Shown here one piece after another: positions 8,863-19,242 of a stretch of DNA of 64,000 nt. This stretch comes from an uncultured delta proteobacterium. Its GTDB lineage: Bacteria; Desulfobacterota; Binatia; UBA9968. Position numbers and translations under genes: made by a program. The notes under the pieces were generated by a model. It had not been told where the DNA came from. It ran no database searches and saw only the letters and a program-made list of their open reading frames with translations. Where the stretch lies: positions 128,001 to 192,000 of the forward strand of contig CAVTUQ010000007.1 of assembly GCA_963737905.1 (NCBI GenBank), in the 5' to 3' direction. Every line of letters starts with the position of its first letter. The first letter of the stretch is position 1.

Positions 8863-9765
8863 ATGCCTGAGCGGATGAACACCCGAGAAGTGGCGCGTTA
8901 TTTAGGGATCAACGAAAAGAAAGTTTATTTCCTCGCCAAAACCGGAAAGATTCCCTGCACCAGGGTTACCGGCAAGTGGACTTTCCCAAAGAAATTGATT
9001 GACCAGTGGATTGACGATAGCGCTTCGGGCGTTGTTGAACGCAAAGCAAAAGCCGGAGAGCGGGCCTTCCTGTTGGCGGCGGGGAGCGATGATCCGAGCC
9101 TCGGAATCCTGCACGATCTTTACGAAGCGCAAACCCAACCAGCTTCTTTGTTTATGACGACCGTCGGTAGCAGCGCCGGTCTAGCCGCGATTCGAAGCGG
9201 CGTAGCGGATTTTGCCACCGCACACCTTTTGGAACCGGCGCGGGCCAGCTCCAATGAGAGATCGGCGCGAGAGTTATTACCACCCGGAGCGGTGGTGGTC
9301 GAGCTTTTTTATCGCGAGATGGGGCTCGTCCTGCCGCAAGGCAATCCTAAAGGGATCAAATCGCTCCGTGATCTCGCTCGCCCGAAGCTCCAAATCATCA
9401 ATCGCCAACCCGGCTCGGGAACGCGGATCTATCTGGACCAGGAGCTTTCGCGCGCCCGGTTGAATGCCAAAAAGATCTCTGGTTACGACACCGTAGTTTC
9501 AACGCACGTTGAGGTGGGCCTGAAGGTCCTTCGGGGCGCTGCAGATGTAGGCCCGGCAACGCGGACAACGGCTCGCTTGCTGGGCCTTGAGTTTATTCCT
9601 CTTTGCCGAGAGCGTTTCGACGCTGTGATACCCAGGGAACGTTTCTTGTCGCACGCCATACAAGTCTTACTTGGAACCCTCGGCTCTCGTGAGTTCCGCC
9701 AACAAGTTGAAGCGTTGGGGGGATACGACGCTTCGGAGTCGGGACGCATTATCGCTTCGAACTAA
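8863..9765 (+). CDS. Excisionase-type HTH plus PBP-like (molybdate/tungstate-binding) transcriptional regulator
   Basis: N-terminal MNTREVARYLG...GKIP...GKWTF. C-terminal GSDD, GSSAGL, NRQPGSGTR, GGYD. Lies directly upstream of tupABC. Confidence 0.85.
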   Translation: MPERMNTREVARYLGINEKKVYFLAKTGKIPCTRVTGKWTFPKKLIDQWIDDSASGVVERKAKAGERAFLLAAGSDDPSLGILHDLYEAQTQPASLFMTTVGSSAGLAAIRSGVADFATAHLLEPARASSNERSARELLPPGAVVVELFYREMGLVLPQGNPKGIKSLRDLARPKLQIINRQPGSGTRIYLDQELSRARLNAKKISGYDTVVSTHVEVGLKVLRGAADVGPATRTTARLLGLEFIPLCRERFDAVIPRERFLSHAIQVLLGTLGSREFRQQVEALGGYDASESGRIIASN

Positions 9766-9787
9766 TTTACCGATAAAGGAGAAAGCT

Positions 9788-10642
9788 ATGCGGCAACAAA
9801 CCAAATTGCTAGTTCTCGCCGTTTTCCTCGGCTTGATGATCGGTCAGAGCGTAGAGGGAGCCGAATCGAAAGATAAGAACGTTATTCTTTCAACGACAAC
9901 GAGCACCCAGGACTCCGGCTTGCTCGACGTTCTGGTCCCGCTGTTTGAAAAGCAAACGGGATACTCCGTCAAAACGGTTTCCGTAGGGACGGGACAGGCG
10001 CTGGCCTTGGCGGCTAAAGGCGATGCCGATGTGGCGCTGGTCCATGCGCCGAGTCTGGAGAAAAAGTACGTCGCGGACGGAAAACTGCTCAACCGGCGCC
10101 TGGTGATGTACAACGATTTCGTGATCATCGGACCGAAGGAGGATCCAGCGAAGATCAAGTCGGCGAAAACGGCGCTTGGGGCGTTAAAGCTGATCGAGCA
10201 GTCCAAATCCCCCTTCGTGTCCCGGGGCGACAATTCGGGCACGCATAATCTCGAGAAGTCGCTTTGGAAACAAGCAGGGATCACGCCCAAGGGCGACTGG
10301 TACATCGAGACCGGCCAGGGAATGGGAGCGACCCTGGGCATCGCCAACGAACGGAACGCCTACACGATCACGGATCGTGGAACTTATCTGGCCTTGCGCG
10401 AGAAGCGGGTGACCTTGCCGATTTTGGTGGAAGGGGACAAGGTGCTTCTGAATATCTATTCGGTGATGGAGGTAAATCCTGCGAATGGCCCGAAAGTCAA
10501 CGCGGGCGGCGGCAAAGCCTTCGCTGACTTCATGGTCGCGCCGCAGACGCAAAACGTAATCAAAAGCTTCGGCGTGGAGAAATTCGGCCAACCGTTGTTT
10601 GTCCCGGTCGCTGGCAAGAAAGAGGAGGAGCTCGGAGCGTAG
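9788..10642 (+). CDS. tupA: Tungstate ABC transporter substrate-binding protein
   Basis: STTTSTQDSGLL (TTTS tungstate motif), GTGQAL, SRGDNSGTH, GQGMGATL. Confidence 0.93.
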   Translation: MRQQTKLLVLAVFLGLMIGQSVEGAESKDKNVILSTTTSTQDSGLLDVLVPLFEKQTGYSVKTVSVGTGQALALAAKGDADVALVHAPSLEKKYVADGKLLNRRLVMYNDFVIIGPKEDPAKIKSAKTALGALKLIEQSKSPFVSRGDNSGTHNLEKSLWKQAGITPKGDWYIETGQGMGATLGIANERNAYTITDRGTYLALREKRVTLPILVEGDKVLLNIYSVMEVNPANGPKVNAGGGKAFADFMVAPQTQNVIKSFGVEKFGQPLFVPVAGKKEEELGA

Positions 10643-10643
10643 C

Positions 10644-11357
10644 GTGGAGCTGATCTGGCAGGGAATCGTCAAGGCGATTGAACTCGTAGTCGGTTTTGAT
10701 GCCGAAGTGTGGGCGATTACCTGGCTCTCGCTCAAGATCTCCGGCATTGCGACGCTAATCTCGCTTTTGGTCGGTGTTCCCTTGGGCATCGCGCTAGCGC
10801 TGATACGATTTCGTGGGCGCAATACGACAGTGGCCCTGATCAATACCGGGATGGGGCTACCGCCGGTGGTGGTGGGACTATTTGTATCGATTTTTCTCTG
10901 GCGGAGCGGGCCGCTAGGTTTTTTGAACTTGATCTATTCGCCGACGGCAATGGTGATCGCCCAGGTAATCATCGCATTTCCTATAGTGGCCGGCTTGACC
11001 ATGGCGAGTTTTCAGGCTCTCGATCCAAAACTCGCGCTACAATTGCTCGGCATCGGCGCGTCGAAACCGCAACTTTTGTGGCTTTTGTGCAAAGAGGCAA
11101 AACTGCCGTTGCTGGCAGCGGTGATGGCCGGCTTTGGTGGCGTTATTTCTGAAGTGGGCGCGTCCATGATGGTGGGCGGCAACATCCGTGGTCAAACCCG
11201 CGTTCTCACCACCGCGACTGTGCTTGAAACCGGCAAGGGGAACTTCGATATCGCCATCGCTTTGGGTCTTATCCTCTTGGCGCTCACTTTCGCGATCAAC
11301 TTTTTTCTCACCCGCATCCAGCAGCGGGAGCAGCTCCGGTGGCCGAAACTCTCCTGA
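10644..11357 (+). CDS. tupB: Tungstate ABC transporter permease
   Basis: MGLPPVVVGL, SEVGASMMVGGNIRGQTRVLTTA. GTG start 1 nt after the tupA stop. Confidence 0.92.
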   Translation: MELIWQGIVKAIELVVGFDAEVWAITWLSLKISGIATLISLLVGVPLGIALALIRFRGRNTTVALINTGMGLPPVVVGLFVSIFLWRSGPLGFLNLIYSPTAMVIAQVIIAFPIVAGLTMASFQALDPKLALQLLGIGASKPQLLWLLCKEAKLPLLAAVMAGFGGVISEVGASMMVGGNIRGQTRVLTTATVLETGKGNFDIAIALGLILLALTFAINFFLTRIQQREQLRWPKLS

Positions 11358-12436
11358 CCTTAGACGACGTTGCTGTCCATCACGGCGAACACGTCGCCCT
11401 GCAAGGTGCTTCCTTAGAAGTTCACACCGGTGACGTCTTGGCATTGATCGGTCCCAACGGAGCCGGCAAGTCGACCTTGCTTCGGGTGATGGGGATGCTC
11501 CAGCGTCCCGACCGCGGGGAGGTTCTATTTCGCGGTCAGAATGCATTCAATGGCAATCCACTCGAGCTCAGACGGCGCATCGCCACCGTGTTTCAGGAGC
11601 CTTTGTTGCTGAACGCAACGGTTTCTCAAAACGCCGCCCTTGGATTGAAACTTCGCGGTCTTGATCAAGTTGAGATTGATCGCCGCCTCGGCCCATGGCT
11701 GGAGCGGCTCGGCATCCCGCATCTGACCGCACGCTCCGCGCGCACGCTCTCGGGCGGCGAGGCGCAGCGTACGAGCTTGGCACGGGCGCTCGTGCTCGAA
11801 CCGGAGCTACTCCTTCTCGACGAACCCTTCTCCGCTCTAGATCCCGCGACTCGCGAGGCTTTGATCCGCGACTTTCAAGGAATTCTCCAAGAAACGGCGA
11901 TAACCGCAGTGTTTGTCACCCACGACCGCCACGAAGCCTTTGCTCTCGCCAATCGCGTCGGTGTGTTGGATCAAGGCTGCCTTCTGCAACTTGGCTTGCG
12001 TGAAAATGTTTTTCTTTCCCCCGAGACGGAATCTGTTGCCGAGATCGTCGGCATTGAAAACCGTCTAGTGGGTATGGTCGAAACTTCTGACGGGGATTAT
12101 GTAACGATCAAGATCAGCGATGGAAGAGTCCACGCCAAGGGACGCTTTAGCGCGGGGACGAGGGTCGTCGCTTGTATTCGCCCGGAAGAGATATCCCTGG
12201 GTCTGAGACACTCTGAAACGAAAGATTCAAACCGACTCACAGGGAAAGTCATCACGGTATCGCCAGGCATGACCCACCACCGGATAAGTCTGGATTGCAG
12301 GGGATTCCGTTTGGTCGCGCTGGTGGACCGCAAAGAATTCTTCGACCTCAATCTTTCTGAGGGTCACGAAGTAACCGCGGTGTTCAACCCCGCCACGGTG
12401 CATGTCATCGGCGATGAAAAAAGATCGATGAGTTAG
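11339..12436 (+). CDS. tupC: Tungstate ABC transporter ATP-binding protein with C-terminal TOBE-like domain
   Basis: GPNGAGKST, LSGGEAQR, LLLDEP, VTHD, and operon context. Confidence 0.88.
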   Translation: MAETLLTLDDVAVHHGEHVALQGASLEVHTGDVLALIGPNGAGKSTLLRVMGMLQRPDRGEVLFRGQNAFNGNPLELRRRIATVFQEPLLLNATVSQNAALGLKLRGLDQVEIDRRLGPWLERLGIPHLTARSARTLSGGEAQRTSLARALVLEPELLLLDEPFSALDPATREALIRDFQGILQETAITAVFVTHDRHEAFALANRVGVLDQGCLLQLGLRENVFLSPETESVAEIVGIENRLVGMVETSDGDYVTIKISDGRVHAKGRFSAGTRVVACIRPEEISLGLRHSETKDSNRLTGKVITVSPGMTHHRISLDCRGFRLVALVDRKEFFDLNLSEGHEVTAVFNPATVHVIGDEKRSMS

Positions 12437-12461
12437 AAAGTTTGGTTTCTTGCGGGCTGCC

Positions 12462-13454
12462 TTACTGTAGGCCGGCCGCCTTGAGATATTGCAAGTCGAC
12501 GAAGCGCTCCGGCGGTGGCAGGGGCGGTTTCAGTTCGCCCGCTTCAGCCATAAACTGAATGACCTGCCCCAATCCTTTAATGTCCAGCTCGGCCTGCTTG
12601 GGTACGACGCCGCGATCAGGGTCGAAATAGAGCGCAAGAGTTTGGCGGGCAATTTCTTCAGACGAGCCCGTGACTTCGATAGCCATGCGGACGACTTCAT
12701 CGCGGTGGTTTGGGTCGCGCATGAAACGGTATGAAGACGCGAGGCCGCGGACGTAGCGCACCAGAGCATCTTTGTTTTTCTCACCCCAGGATTTCCGCAC
12801 GGCGCTCACCGTAAAGAGAAAATTGGGAACCGCGTCGGTGGAAACACCGAGCCGTTGGTAGCCTTGCTTCATGAGAACAAAGTCTTCAGGTTGGCCGAGC
12901 GGCACAGCATCGCATTCGCCTTTCCTCAAGCAGGCGGCACGCGCCGGTGTGCCGACAAGCTCTTTGACTTTAAAATCCCCCTCTTTGATACCGTTTTTCT
13001 CCATGAGCTTGCGGGTCGAGATCGAGATCGTATCGACGGCCAGAGAGAGACCGATGACTTTCCCTTTCAGATCGGCGAAGGTTTTGATCTCAGGTTTGGC
13101 GATCAAGCTATAGATAGGGGTCAGCGTTTCGCCGGCGATAGCGACGCCGTCGGAGCCCTTGAGCACGTCTTGAATCAAGTAAGGCGTTGCGGTGCGCGTG
13201 ATATCGACGACACCCTTGTTGAGGGCAACGACCATGTTGGCGGCACCCCCTTCGATGGGCATCATTTCCAAGGTAATGCCCTCCTGCGCGAAGAAGCCCT
13301 TGTGCTGGCCTATGAAAAACGAAAGCCCGGATATGCTCTTAATGGTAGATGGAATCTGTCCGTAGCGAAGTGAAACCGTCTGTGCGTCAACACTCCAAAA
13401 AGGTAACAGCAGAAAAAGAGCCCTTGCAAGCGCGGCGAAGGAAAATACTCTCAT
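12462..13454 (-). CDS. ABC transporter substrate-binding protein, NMT1/THI5/SsuA-like (orphan)
   Basis: Signal peptide, KGFFAQEG, IKTFADLKGKVIG. AGGAGG RBS before ATG 13454. Confidence 0.85.
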   Translation of the reverse strand: MRVFSFAALARALFLLLPFWSVDAQTVSLRYGQIPSTIKSISGLSFFIGQHKGFFAQEGITLEMMPIEGGAANMVVALNKGVVDITRTATPYLIQDVLKGSDGVAIAGETLTPIYSLIAKPEIKTFADLKGKVIGLSLAVDTISISTRKLMEKNGIKEGDFKVKELVGTPARAACLRKGECDAVPLGQPEDFVLMKQGYQRLGVSTDAVPNFLFTVSAVRKSWGEKNKDALVRYVRGLASSYRFMRDPNHRDEVVRMAIEVTGSSEEIARQTLALYFDPDRGVVPKQAELDIKGLGQVIQFMAEAGELKPPLPPPERFVDLQYLKAAGLQ

Positions 13455-13531
13455 TGGGCCTCCTGTGGGATGCAAGGCTAGATTTGTGACGGCTTATAAC
13501 TCACGGCTTTGCGATTTTCCAGAACAGCTTT

Positions 13532-13564
13532 GGGAGCCTCCTGGATTTGTTCCAGGAGGCTCCC
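13532..13564. terminator. Perfect 14-bp stem-loop just downstream of the minus-strand propeller gene
   Basis: GGGAGCCTCCTGGA-TTTGT-TCCAGGAGGCTCCC. The U-tract is weak, so it may be a terminator or an mRNA-stabilising hairpin. Confidence 0.65.
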
Positions 13565-13578
13565 TTTATGGAACAGCG

Positions 13579-14861
13579 TTAGTCGATCGGCAGCCGTAAT
13601 CCTGGAATTATCAGCTCCTGGTCCATGCAGGAAATTTTACCGATGTTCGGGTCCGGCTGGACTGATTTCGCCGGCTGTATTAGGGGAATTGTCTCGCCGG
13701 TTGCCGTCAGATTGGGATGTGCAGAAAAGTTTTCCGGTCAAGAAAGGGGCTCGTTGGGAATTCAAGAATGCGGGTGTTTCCTTCCGCAGTGATCAGCCGA
13801 GTTTCTCAACCCGCTCGCGTTCACCGGGTTACGGAAAACTTCAAAGACTTTTCCATGCCTTGTAACTATTGCCACCGCGTTCCGCTCGTTGGCATCCACC
13901 CAGATATTCCCAAACACATCGAGGGCGATGCCGTCGCCGCCTTCGAGAATCGGATGAGCGACGAAGACATTGCTTAGGCAGAGCGTGTTGGCTGTGAATG
14001 TGGTGTCACACCCGGTCGGACTCTTGAGATTTCCATACAGGTCGAATTCTATTTTCCATAATGCTCCGCGAGCGTATCAATAACAAACATATCTCCATCG
14101 CGATTGAAGGCAAATGCCGTTAGCGACAGGATTCAATGTGCGGTACCAGCGCGGAATGGTTGTCATGGTGCCCGTCCCACGCCGGGCAATGTCCGGCACG
14201 TCACGCCCACGCCACCGACGCGCTGGCGTCAAGATTTACAGTTTGACATCGGCTGTATCCGGAACACCTCTTCGACAGTTAACAGGCGGCGTAGCTGCGC
14301 AGTTGGCTCCGGGGCTAGTGATTTTCCAGACCCGTCCTAGGCCCGTGGTTCCGTCACCTGTCCAGAGGTTGCCGTGTCGGTCAAAAGCAATCCGTTGGTC
14401 CCCGGAACCCCCGTGGCGTAGATCGCGGCATCGGCGGATTCTTGAGCGTTGGGGTTAAAAAAATAAATGGTTCCCGCGTTTCCATCAGCGACATAGAGAT
14501 TGCCTGCTTCATCAAATGCAATGCCGCTGAAGCCGCAGTTTGCGGCGGCAGGCGGTGATGTAGGACCACGAATCCAACCGGAGTCAGGATGGGGTTCGTG
14601 GATGTTGATTCGCCAAACCGGGCAGGGAGGCGCGCCCGAACCACCGGTATACAGATTACGGTGATTGTCTCCGGTTAATCCCTCGATGGCGCGCGGTGTT
14701 GTGGTCAGGGTTGTAAAGGTAGCGTCTTTCGGGAACGGTAGTTTATCCTCGTCTCCCCAGGCTGACGCTCCGCCTAAATCTGGGACAGATTTCGGTGCCA
14801 GTAAAGAGAAGGTAGCGGTGACTGACAGGAAGACTACTAGACTAATCCATCGTGACTTCAT
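13579..14861 (-). pseudogene. Secreted SMP-30/gluconolactonase/NHL-like beta-propeller with many frameshifts (pseudogene or assembly errors)
   Basis: Signal peptide, then EGLTGD, GIAFDEAGNLYVAD, NG.AFDRHGNLW, RGALWKIEFD, EGGDGIALDVFGNIWVDANERN across shifting frames. Ends ...PGLRLPID* at 13579. Confidence 0.75.
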
Positions 14862-15336
14862 GTTTTTATCCTCCGTGTTAGTGTGACGTTTCAGATGAAT
14901 CAGTTGGGTTGGTTCATTTCTACGTCCTGATGAGTTACGTCATGGCTTTCCTCCTTTCCGAACTATCAGAGTGGACTACGGTATTAGAGGGGCTAATGGA
15001 GGTTTGATGAAGATACCCCGACAGTCCTTTTGCCGAAGCAGCCTGGCTTTATCAGAGTGGCGGCGGGAAGGCAATGGTTTTTTTCAAGCCTTGAGATTGG
15101 CGGCGGCCGGTGGAAGGTCGAAGTAACTTTGCTTGACCTCAGCCGGTTCTTATGGTGTCTTGTTGGGAACCGGTTGTGGAAAAGGCCCATCTTTTCATGG
15201 CGTTTAACTGCTTCACTCCAATGTACTAAAGGAGTAAGTCTCCGCTCGTCGATTCGTCTGCGCCCGGAGCCAGGACTTTCTGAATAGCTGGACGTGTTAG
15301 CTTTTCAAAATCTTTAAGAAATACTGCAGGTATAGA

Positions 15337-16641
15337 ATGAAGATTACAGCCATCAAAGGCTTTTCGGATATCCTGCCGGGTGAGGTCGAAATCTGGCAAG
15401 CGGTTGAAGCCAAGGCGCGCCAAGTCTTCAGCGCCTACAACTTCGCAGAGATTCGGATCCCGATATTGGAAAAGACCGAGCTTTTCAGCCGGTCCATCGG
15501 TGAGACCACGGATATTGTAGAGAAGGAGATGTACACCTTCGAGGATCGCGATAGCCGGAGGGTCGACCGAAACCGGACGTCAGTCGTGTCCTGAAAGTAG
15601 CCGGGCTTACGCTGAGGCCGGAGGGAACGGCGGGCGTGGTGCGCGCCTATGTCGAATCCGAGATGTACAAGAGCGAGCCGGTGCGCAAGCTCTACTACAT
15701 GGGACCGATGTTCCGGCGTGAGCGGCCGCAAAAGGGCAGAATGCGCCAGTTTCATCAGATCGGCGCAGAAGCGTTAGGGCGGGGCGATCCGTTCATCGAT
15801 GCTGAAATTTTGCTGCTGCTCAGCGATCTTTTTGACGCGATGGGTTTGACCGAGCCGTCGCTGCAGATCAATTCGTTGGGCGATTGGGAGTGCCGGCCCA
15901 AATATCGGGAAACGCTTTTGGCGTTCTTGAAAGAGCGACAAGACTCATTATGCGACAACTGCCGGCGGCGCATCGACCGCAATCCATTGCGAGCTCTGGA
16001 CTGCAAAGACCCCGGTTGTATCCGCGCAACGCTGGACGCGCCGTCCATACTGGATTCGCTTTGCGCCAACTGCCAGGAGCACTTTCGGACGGTGCAGCGA
16101 TTATTGCGGGAGACCAACGTGAAGTTCATTCTTAACCCGCGCATGGTGCGAGGGCTCGATTACTACTGCCGCACAACGTTCGAATGGACGACCACACAGC
16201 TGGGTTCCCAAAGCGCGGTGGCAGCGGGCGGGCGATACGACGGTTTGGTTCAAGAGCTGGGGGGTCCGGCAATTCCGGGCATAGGGTTTGCCTATGGGCG
16301 TCGAGCGCCTAACCATGCTACTCAGGATCCAGGAAATCGCCGGAGCCAGTGGCCCGTCATGTTACGTTGTGTGGGTCGGGGAAAAGGCGCGGGACTGGGC
16401 CTTTCCCCTGGTTCACCGGCTGCGGCGGAAAGGCTTGTCCGTCGAGATGGAAGCCGAGTCGCGAAGCTTAAAGAGCCAGATGAGACGCGCCGATAAACTC
16501 AAAGCGGCTTCGGTATTGATCGTCGGCGACGACGAGTTGGCAAAAGGCAAAGCGGTGTGGCGCAACATGGCGAGCAAACAGCAGGAAGAAATCAGTATGG
16601 ATAGCATCGAGGCTGATTTGATAGCGAGGAAGGCAAGTTGA
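15337..16641 (+). CDS. hisS: Histidine--tRNA ligase, with two apparent frameshifts near 15560-15605 and 16290
   Basis: [57 protein letters not shown] spread over three ORFs. Confidence 0.93.
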
Positions 16642-18449
16642 TGGCGACGGAGAGGATTTTTCCCGATCAGCTGGGGGATTGGAAGCGCAGTTGTTACTGC
16701 GGCGAGCCGCGAACAGACGCGGTGGACAAGGAGTTGACCCTTTTCGGTTGGGTCAGAACCCGGCGGGATCACGGGGGGGTCATTTTCGTCGATCTGCGCG
16801 ATCGGAGCGGCCTCTGCCAAATTGTTTTCAATCCGGAGGTCGACGCGGCGGCCCATGAAAAGGCAAAGCAACTGCGCTCCGAAGACGTGATTGCGGTTCG
16901 GGGTACTTTGTCTAAACGATCGCCGGAAACGATAAACCCCGATCTCGCCACGGGTGAAGTGGAGTTGATGGGAAAGGAGCTGCGCTTGCTCAATGCCGCA
17001 CAGGTGCCGCCGTTCATCATCGAAGATGAAACCGAGGCGAACGAAAACACACGTCTCAAGTACCGCTATCTCGATTTGCGACGGCCCCGGAGTCTTCGGC
17101 CTCTCGTGTTGCGCTATCGTATGACCAAGTTGATCCGCGACTATCTGGATGGTCTAGGATTTATCGACGTAGAGACGCCCGTGCTCACGAAGAGCACCCC
17201 CGAAGGGGCGCGCGACTACCTGGTTCCCAGCCGCATCTACCCGGGCAAATTTTACGCGCTGCCGCAGTCGCCACAGCTGTTCAAGCAGATTTTGATGGTG
17301 GGCGGGATCGACCGCTATTTTCAGATCGTCAAATGCTTCCGGGATGAGGATCTGCGGGCTGACCGACAGCCTGAATTTACTCAGCTCGACATGGAGATGT
17401 CTTTCGTCCAGCCGCAAGATGTGATGGAGGTGGTCGAAGGGATGATCTCTCTATTGTTCAAGGAACTTAAAGGTATCGAGCTTAAACGGCCCTTAGTCAA
17501 GTTGACGTATGAAGAGGCGATGAACCGTTTCGGCTCGGACAAACCGGACATGCGCTTCGGCCTGGAGCTTACGGATTTCACGGCTGCGCTGCGAAATTGC
17601 CAGGCGAGAGTCTTTGCAACGGCGATTCAAAAGGGCGGAGTCGTCAAAGGCATCCGTGTGCCTAACGGCGGAGAGCTATCACGCAAGGATCTGGACGATC
17701 TGACACCGTTTGTGGCGACGTTCGGCGCGAAAGGTATAGCGTGGACAAAGCTCACTGACGAAGGTTGGCAGTCGCCCATCGCGAAGTTTCTCTCCGAGAC
17801 CGAACAGAAAGGGGTTGAAAGGATCGCCGGCGCGACGATCGGCGATGTCATTTTATTTTCGGCGGACAGCGCAAAGATCGTACACGACGCCCTGGGGAAC
17901 TTGCGGCTCTACTTGGGCGAGAAATTGGGTCTCATTCCGGAAAATGAATACGCGCTCGTCTGGGTCGTCGACTTTCCTCTTATGGAATTTGACCCGGAAG
18001 AGAAGCGCTACGTGGCGTCGCATCATCCTTTCACCGCGCCTCACGACGAAGACTTGCCGCTACTGGATACGGAGCCCGTCAAAGTGCGCTCGAAGGCCTA
18101 CGATCTGGCTATCAACGGCATTGAGGCAGGCGGAGGAAGCGTCCGCATCCACCAGGTCGAGCTGCAGAAAAAAATTCTGGGCTTGATGGGTATCGGTCCG
18201 GAAGAGGCGGAAGCCAAGTTCGGGTTTTTTCTCGAGGCTTTGAGTTTCGGTGCGCCGCCCCATGGCGGCATTGCCTTTGGCATAGACCGGCTGGCGATGA
18301 TTCTGAGCGGCGCGCAATCCCTGAGGGATGTCATTGCTTTTCCCAAGAGCCAGCGTGCTGTGTGCATGTTGACGGACGCTCCATCAGCGGTCGATCCCAA
18401 ACAACTGCGTGAGTTGGGAATCAAAACCACCGGGACTATAAATAGATAA
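16641..18449 (+). CDS. aspS: Aspartate--tRNA ligase (His in RRDHGG may indicate the non-discriminating type)
   Basis: RRDHGGVIFVDLRD, STPEGARDY, FRDEDLRADRQPEF, GAPPHGG. TGATG overlap with hisS. Confidence 0.97.
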   Translation: MATERIFPDQLGDWKRSCYCGEPRTDAVDKELTLFGWVRTRRDHGGVIFVDLRDRSGLCQIVFNPEVDAAAHEKAKQLRSEDVIAVRGTLSKRSPETINPDLATGEVELMGKELRLLNAAQVPPFIIEDETEANENTRLKYRYLDLRRPRSLRPLVLRYRMTKLIRDYLDGLGFIDVETPVLTKSTPEGARDYLVPSRIYPGKFYALPQSPQLFKQILMVGGIDRYFQIVKCFRDEDLRADRQPEFTQLDMEMSFVQPQDVMEVVEGMISLLFKELKGIELKRPLVKLTYEEAMNRFGSDKPDMRFGLELTDFTAALRNCQARVFATAIQKGGVVKGIRVPNGGELSRKDLDDLTPFVATFGAKGIAWTKLTDEGWQSPIAKFLSETEQKGVERIAGATIGDVILFSADSAKIVHDALGNLRLYLGEKLGLIPENEYALVWVVDFPLMEFDPEEKRYVASHHPFTAPHDEDLPLLDTEPVKVRSKAYDLAINGIEAGGGSVRIHQVELQKKILGLMGIGPEEAEAKFGFFLEALSFGAPPHGGIAFGIDRLAMILSGAQSLRDVIAFPKSQRAVCMLTDAPSAVDPKQLRELGIKTTGTINR

Positions 18450-18529
18450 TAGCGCGCCGGCTATTTTGACGTTTTTTATTTCGCACTTGAGCGGTATCCT
18501 CGCTTCTGTTATTTTGTAACCCATTCCGT

Positions 18530-19186
18530 ATGTTGAGATTTCTCCCCGTCATTTTTCTCTGTGTTAGCGCGTGTAGTACCTTTGCTCCTGCGACTATGCA
18601 AAGCAAGCGGTCGACGGATCTGGAGGCCCGTAAGATCAAAAGGATCGCTGTCCTTTTGCCCAGCGGAATGGGCTTTGAACCAAAATCGCAAGCGACCTAT
18701 ACCGCTCCCACGTCTTCTGAAAAAAACCTCTCGGAGCAAGAGCTTGCGGAGCTGCTGGCCAGGCTGGTCTATTCGGCCATGGCTTCGATGCCCGATTGGC
18801 AGATTGTCTCCGAAAGTGAAGTGAAAGATATAGCGCAAAGCGTTCCGGCCGGCAGCGATACCGAGAGACTACGGAAAATCGGCCAGATGGTTTATGCCGA
18901 TGGGGTGGTGGTCGGGCGAATGCAACGCTACCGTGAAAGAATAGGGAACGAGTGGGGCGCCAAGAGCCCAGCGTCGGTGGCCTTTGTCCTCGAACTCATC
19001 GATGTTCGCCGGGGCGATGTTGTCTGGTCTGCTCGTTTTGATGAAACACAGAAGCCATTGAGCGAGAATATTTTTGCGTTGGGTAATGTTGGCGACCGTG
19101 GCATCAGATGGTTAACCGCTGAACAGCTTGCCCAGGAAGGCGTGAGAAAGGCGGTCGGTGACTTGTATCGAATCTTGGTTTCGTAA
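18530..19186 (+). CDS. Hypothetical lipoprotein (CsgG/LpoB-like fold possible)
   Basis: Lipobox VSAC, RIAVL, and LELIDVRRGDVVWS pattern. Confidence 0.7.
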   Translation: MLRFLPVIFLCVSACSTFAPATMQSKRSTDLEARKIKRIAVLLPSGMGFEPKSQATYTAPTSSEKNLSEQELAELLARLVYSAMASMPDWQIVSESEVKDIAQSVPAGSDTERLRKIGQMVYADGVVVGRMQRYRERIGNEWGAKSPASVAFVLELIDVRRGDVVWSARFDETQKPLSENIFALGNVGDRGIRWLTAEQLAQEGVRKAVGDLYRILVS

Positions 19187-19242
19187 CTGCGCTTTTTTCT
19201 ATTCTACGCGGTTGACGTAATTTCCCTTCCGATCAAACCCAG

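Noticed and set aside
8863-9020. Excisionase as a sign of a prophage or integrative element
   Set aside because: The HTH is fused to a PBP-like domain before tupABC, and no integrase or att site was seen.
15540-16300. Programmed frameshifting in hisS
   Set aside because: No slippery heptamer recognised, and the gene adjoins an indel-rich stretch.
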